DNA of 64,000 nucleotides from NCBI RefSeq assembly GCF_058153355.1, contig NZ_CM177019.1; one strand, 5' to 3'. Shown piece by piece: positions 62,873 to 64,000 of this stretch (position 1 is its first letter; each line of letters starts with the position of its first letter). The notes under the pieces were generated by a model. It saw only the letters and a program-made list of their open reading frames with translations, ran no database searches and was not told where the DNA came from. The position numbers and the translations under genes were made by a program.

Positions 62873-63580
62873 TCACGAACTTTTCAGCCACTCCCTTGCC
62901 TCGATGTCATCCAGATGGCGAGATTGCTTCAGAATACCAGCTACATACTCCACCTTTGCTACTTGATGATAAGGCAACGTTATTGGCCTGTGGTCCTGGT
63001 TAATGCTTGTAAATTGGTATTCTCCATCTCTGTCATAGCCAAGAACCTTAATCATGTTGTGTCCTTCAACGGTTCTGACAAACACCTCATCACCCGGGAA
63101 TACTTTGGTGTTAGGCTCAATGAGTACATATTCTCCTGATTTTATTCTGGGCCACATGCTGTCTCCTTTCACACGAAGGCCAAAGGCATCTGGATCATCG
63201 CTATAAATTTTGAGCCACCCATCGCGCTCCTCGGTCATCTCGATGGCACCATCAACACCAAGAATTGCCTCACCAACCACGCGCACTAACCCTTTTTTTA
63301 ATTTGCCAACAAATAAAAGAGTATCTTCATCATTCGCTTCATTTAACGAAGTGCCGTGCTGAAGCCACACAACATCAACGTTTAGAAATTTCGCAAGCGC
63401 ATTCATTTTTTCCTGACGTGGTAAAGACTCAGCATTAAACCATTTGCTAACGCCTTTGGACGAAAGAGAAAGGGCGCGGGCTATGGCCATTCCCCTACCA
63501 TGTTCATCAAGACCAGCTTCTTTACAGGCTTGCGCTAGCCGCTGGGCGAATTCTTTGCGCACTTTTTCATTCTGAACCAT
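62873..63580 (-). CDS. cI: CI-type prophage repressor (HTH plus LexA/S24 peptidase-like autocleavage domain, 235 aa)
   Basis: N-terminal HTH (GMAIARALSLSSKGVSKW) and C-terminal GDSMWP...K serine-lysine dyad region; divergent from cro-like gene. Confidence 0.85.
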   Translation of the reverse strand: MVQNEKVRKEFAQRLAQACKEAGLDEHGRGMAIARALSLSSKGVSKWFNAESLPRQEKMNALAKFLNVDVVWLQHGTSLNEANDEDTLLFVGKLKKGLVRVVGEAILGVDGAIEMTEERDGWLKIYSDDPDAFGLRVKGDSMWPRIKSGEYVLIEPNTKVFPGDEVFVRTVEGHNMIKVLGYDRDGEYQFTSINQDHRPITLPYHQVAKVEYVAGILKQSRHLDDIEAREWLKSS

Positions 63581-63607
63581 GAGTACGATACTAAAGCACT
63601 TGCAAAA

Positions 63608-63640
63608 ACTTTCAGTTCAATCATAATGCGTACTGAAAGT
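63608..63640. promoter_or_regulatory. 33-bp dyad (9-bp arms ACTTTCAGT / ACTGAAAGT) in the cI-cro intergenic (OR/PR/PRM) region
   Basis: Read directly; neighbouring sequence has several TACGAAA / TACGATA motifs also present near the putative OL. Confidence 0.3.
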
Positions 63641-63658
63641 ACGAAAAAGGATGTCCAC

Positions 63659-63886
63659 ATGCAAAATCTTGATGAGCCGATTAAAGGTGTCGGCATCCCT
63701 GAAGTTGCGAAGGCTTGTGGAGTTAGCGAAAGGGCTGTCTATAAGTGGCTCAAAAATGGCTTCCTCCCTAAGACTGAGTTTTTTGGGAAAACGAAATACG
63801 CATCAAAAATCGAAGAGATTTCTGGTGGCAAATATCAAGCAAGCGAAATGCTTGAAATAAGCAAAAAGAACCTTCTGGCTGCATAA
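63659..63886 (+). CDS. Cro-like HTH regulator
   Basis: Track ORF 63626..63886 trimmed to ATG with AAGGA RBS; HTH IPEVAKACGVSERAVYKWLKNG; divergent from cI. Confidence 0.55.
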   Translation: MQNLDEPIKGVGIPEVAKACGVSERAVYKWLKNGFLPKTEFFGKTKYASKIEEISGGKYQASEMLEISKKNLLAA

Positions 63887-64000
63887 GTAACACCGCTCTT
63901 TGTAACAATGGACATTCGTCCTACGTCGCTGAAAAGCGAATCCCAGAATATCTGACCAACTAAGGCCATATGCGTTTCCACGCATACCTTTCAACTAACT

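Overview
The window is an Escherichia coli chromosomal segment colinear, in reverse orientation, with the K-12 menF-gyrA region, ending in a lambdoid prophage. All calls rest on reading the supplied ORF translations, synteny and motifs by eye; no database search or computation was run. CDS coordinates follow the ORF track; coordinates of non-CDS features were read from the line labels and may be off by 1-2 bp. Core genes in order: menF (3' end), menDHBCE, pmrD, arnFETDACB (minus strand), ais, nudI, yfaZ, yfaY, rhmR-rhmD-rhmT-rhmA, yfaD, glpCBA (minus) divergent from glpTQ, an AT-rich islet with one orphan gene, inaA, yfaE-nrdB-nrdA (minus), yfaL autotransporter, ubiG, gyrA, yfaA, yfaT. yfaT is split by a 1426-bp IS4 copy. 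Directly after it a lambdoid prophage begins: lambda-like int and xis, a leftward early operon (two ORF6N antirepressor-like paralogs, a DUF551-type protein, a Sak4-like ATPase with an SSB-like partner, an N-like antiterminator), then cI and cro at the window edge. The prophage immunity region carries a nested insertion: an IS66-family element, itself interrupted by a second identical IS4. The main candidate for an undescribed system is a three-gene operon of unrecognisable proteins immediately downstream of cI, in the slot lambda uses for rexA-rexB. A second candidate is the AT-rich orphan gene between glpQ and inaA. No rRNA, tRNA or CRISPR array was seen.
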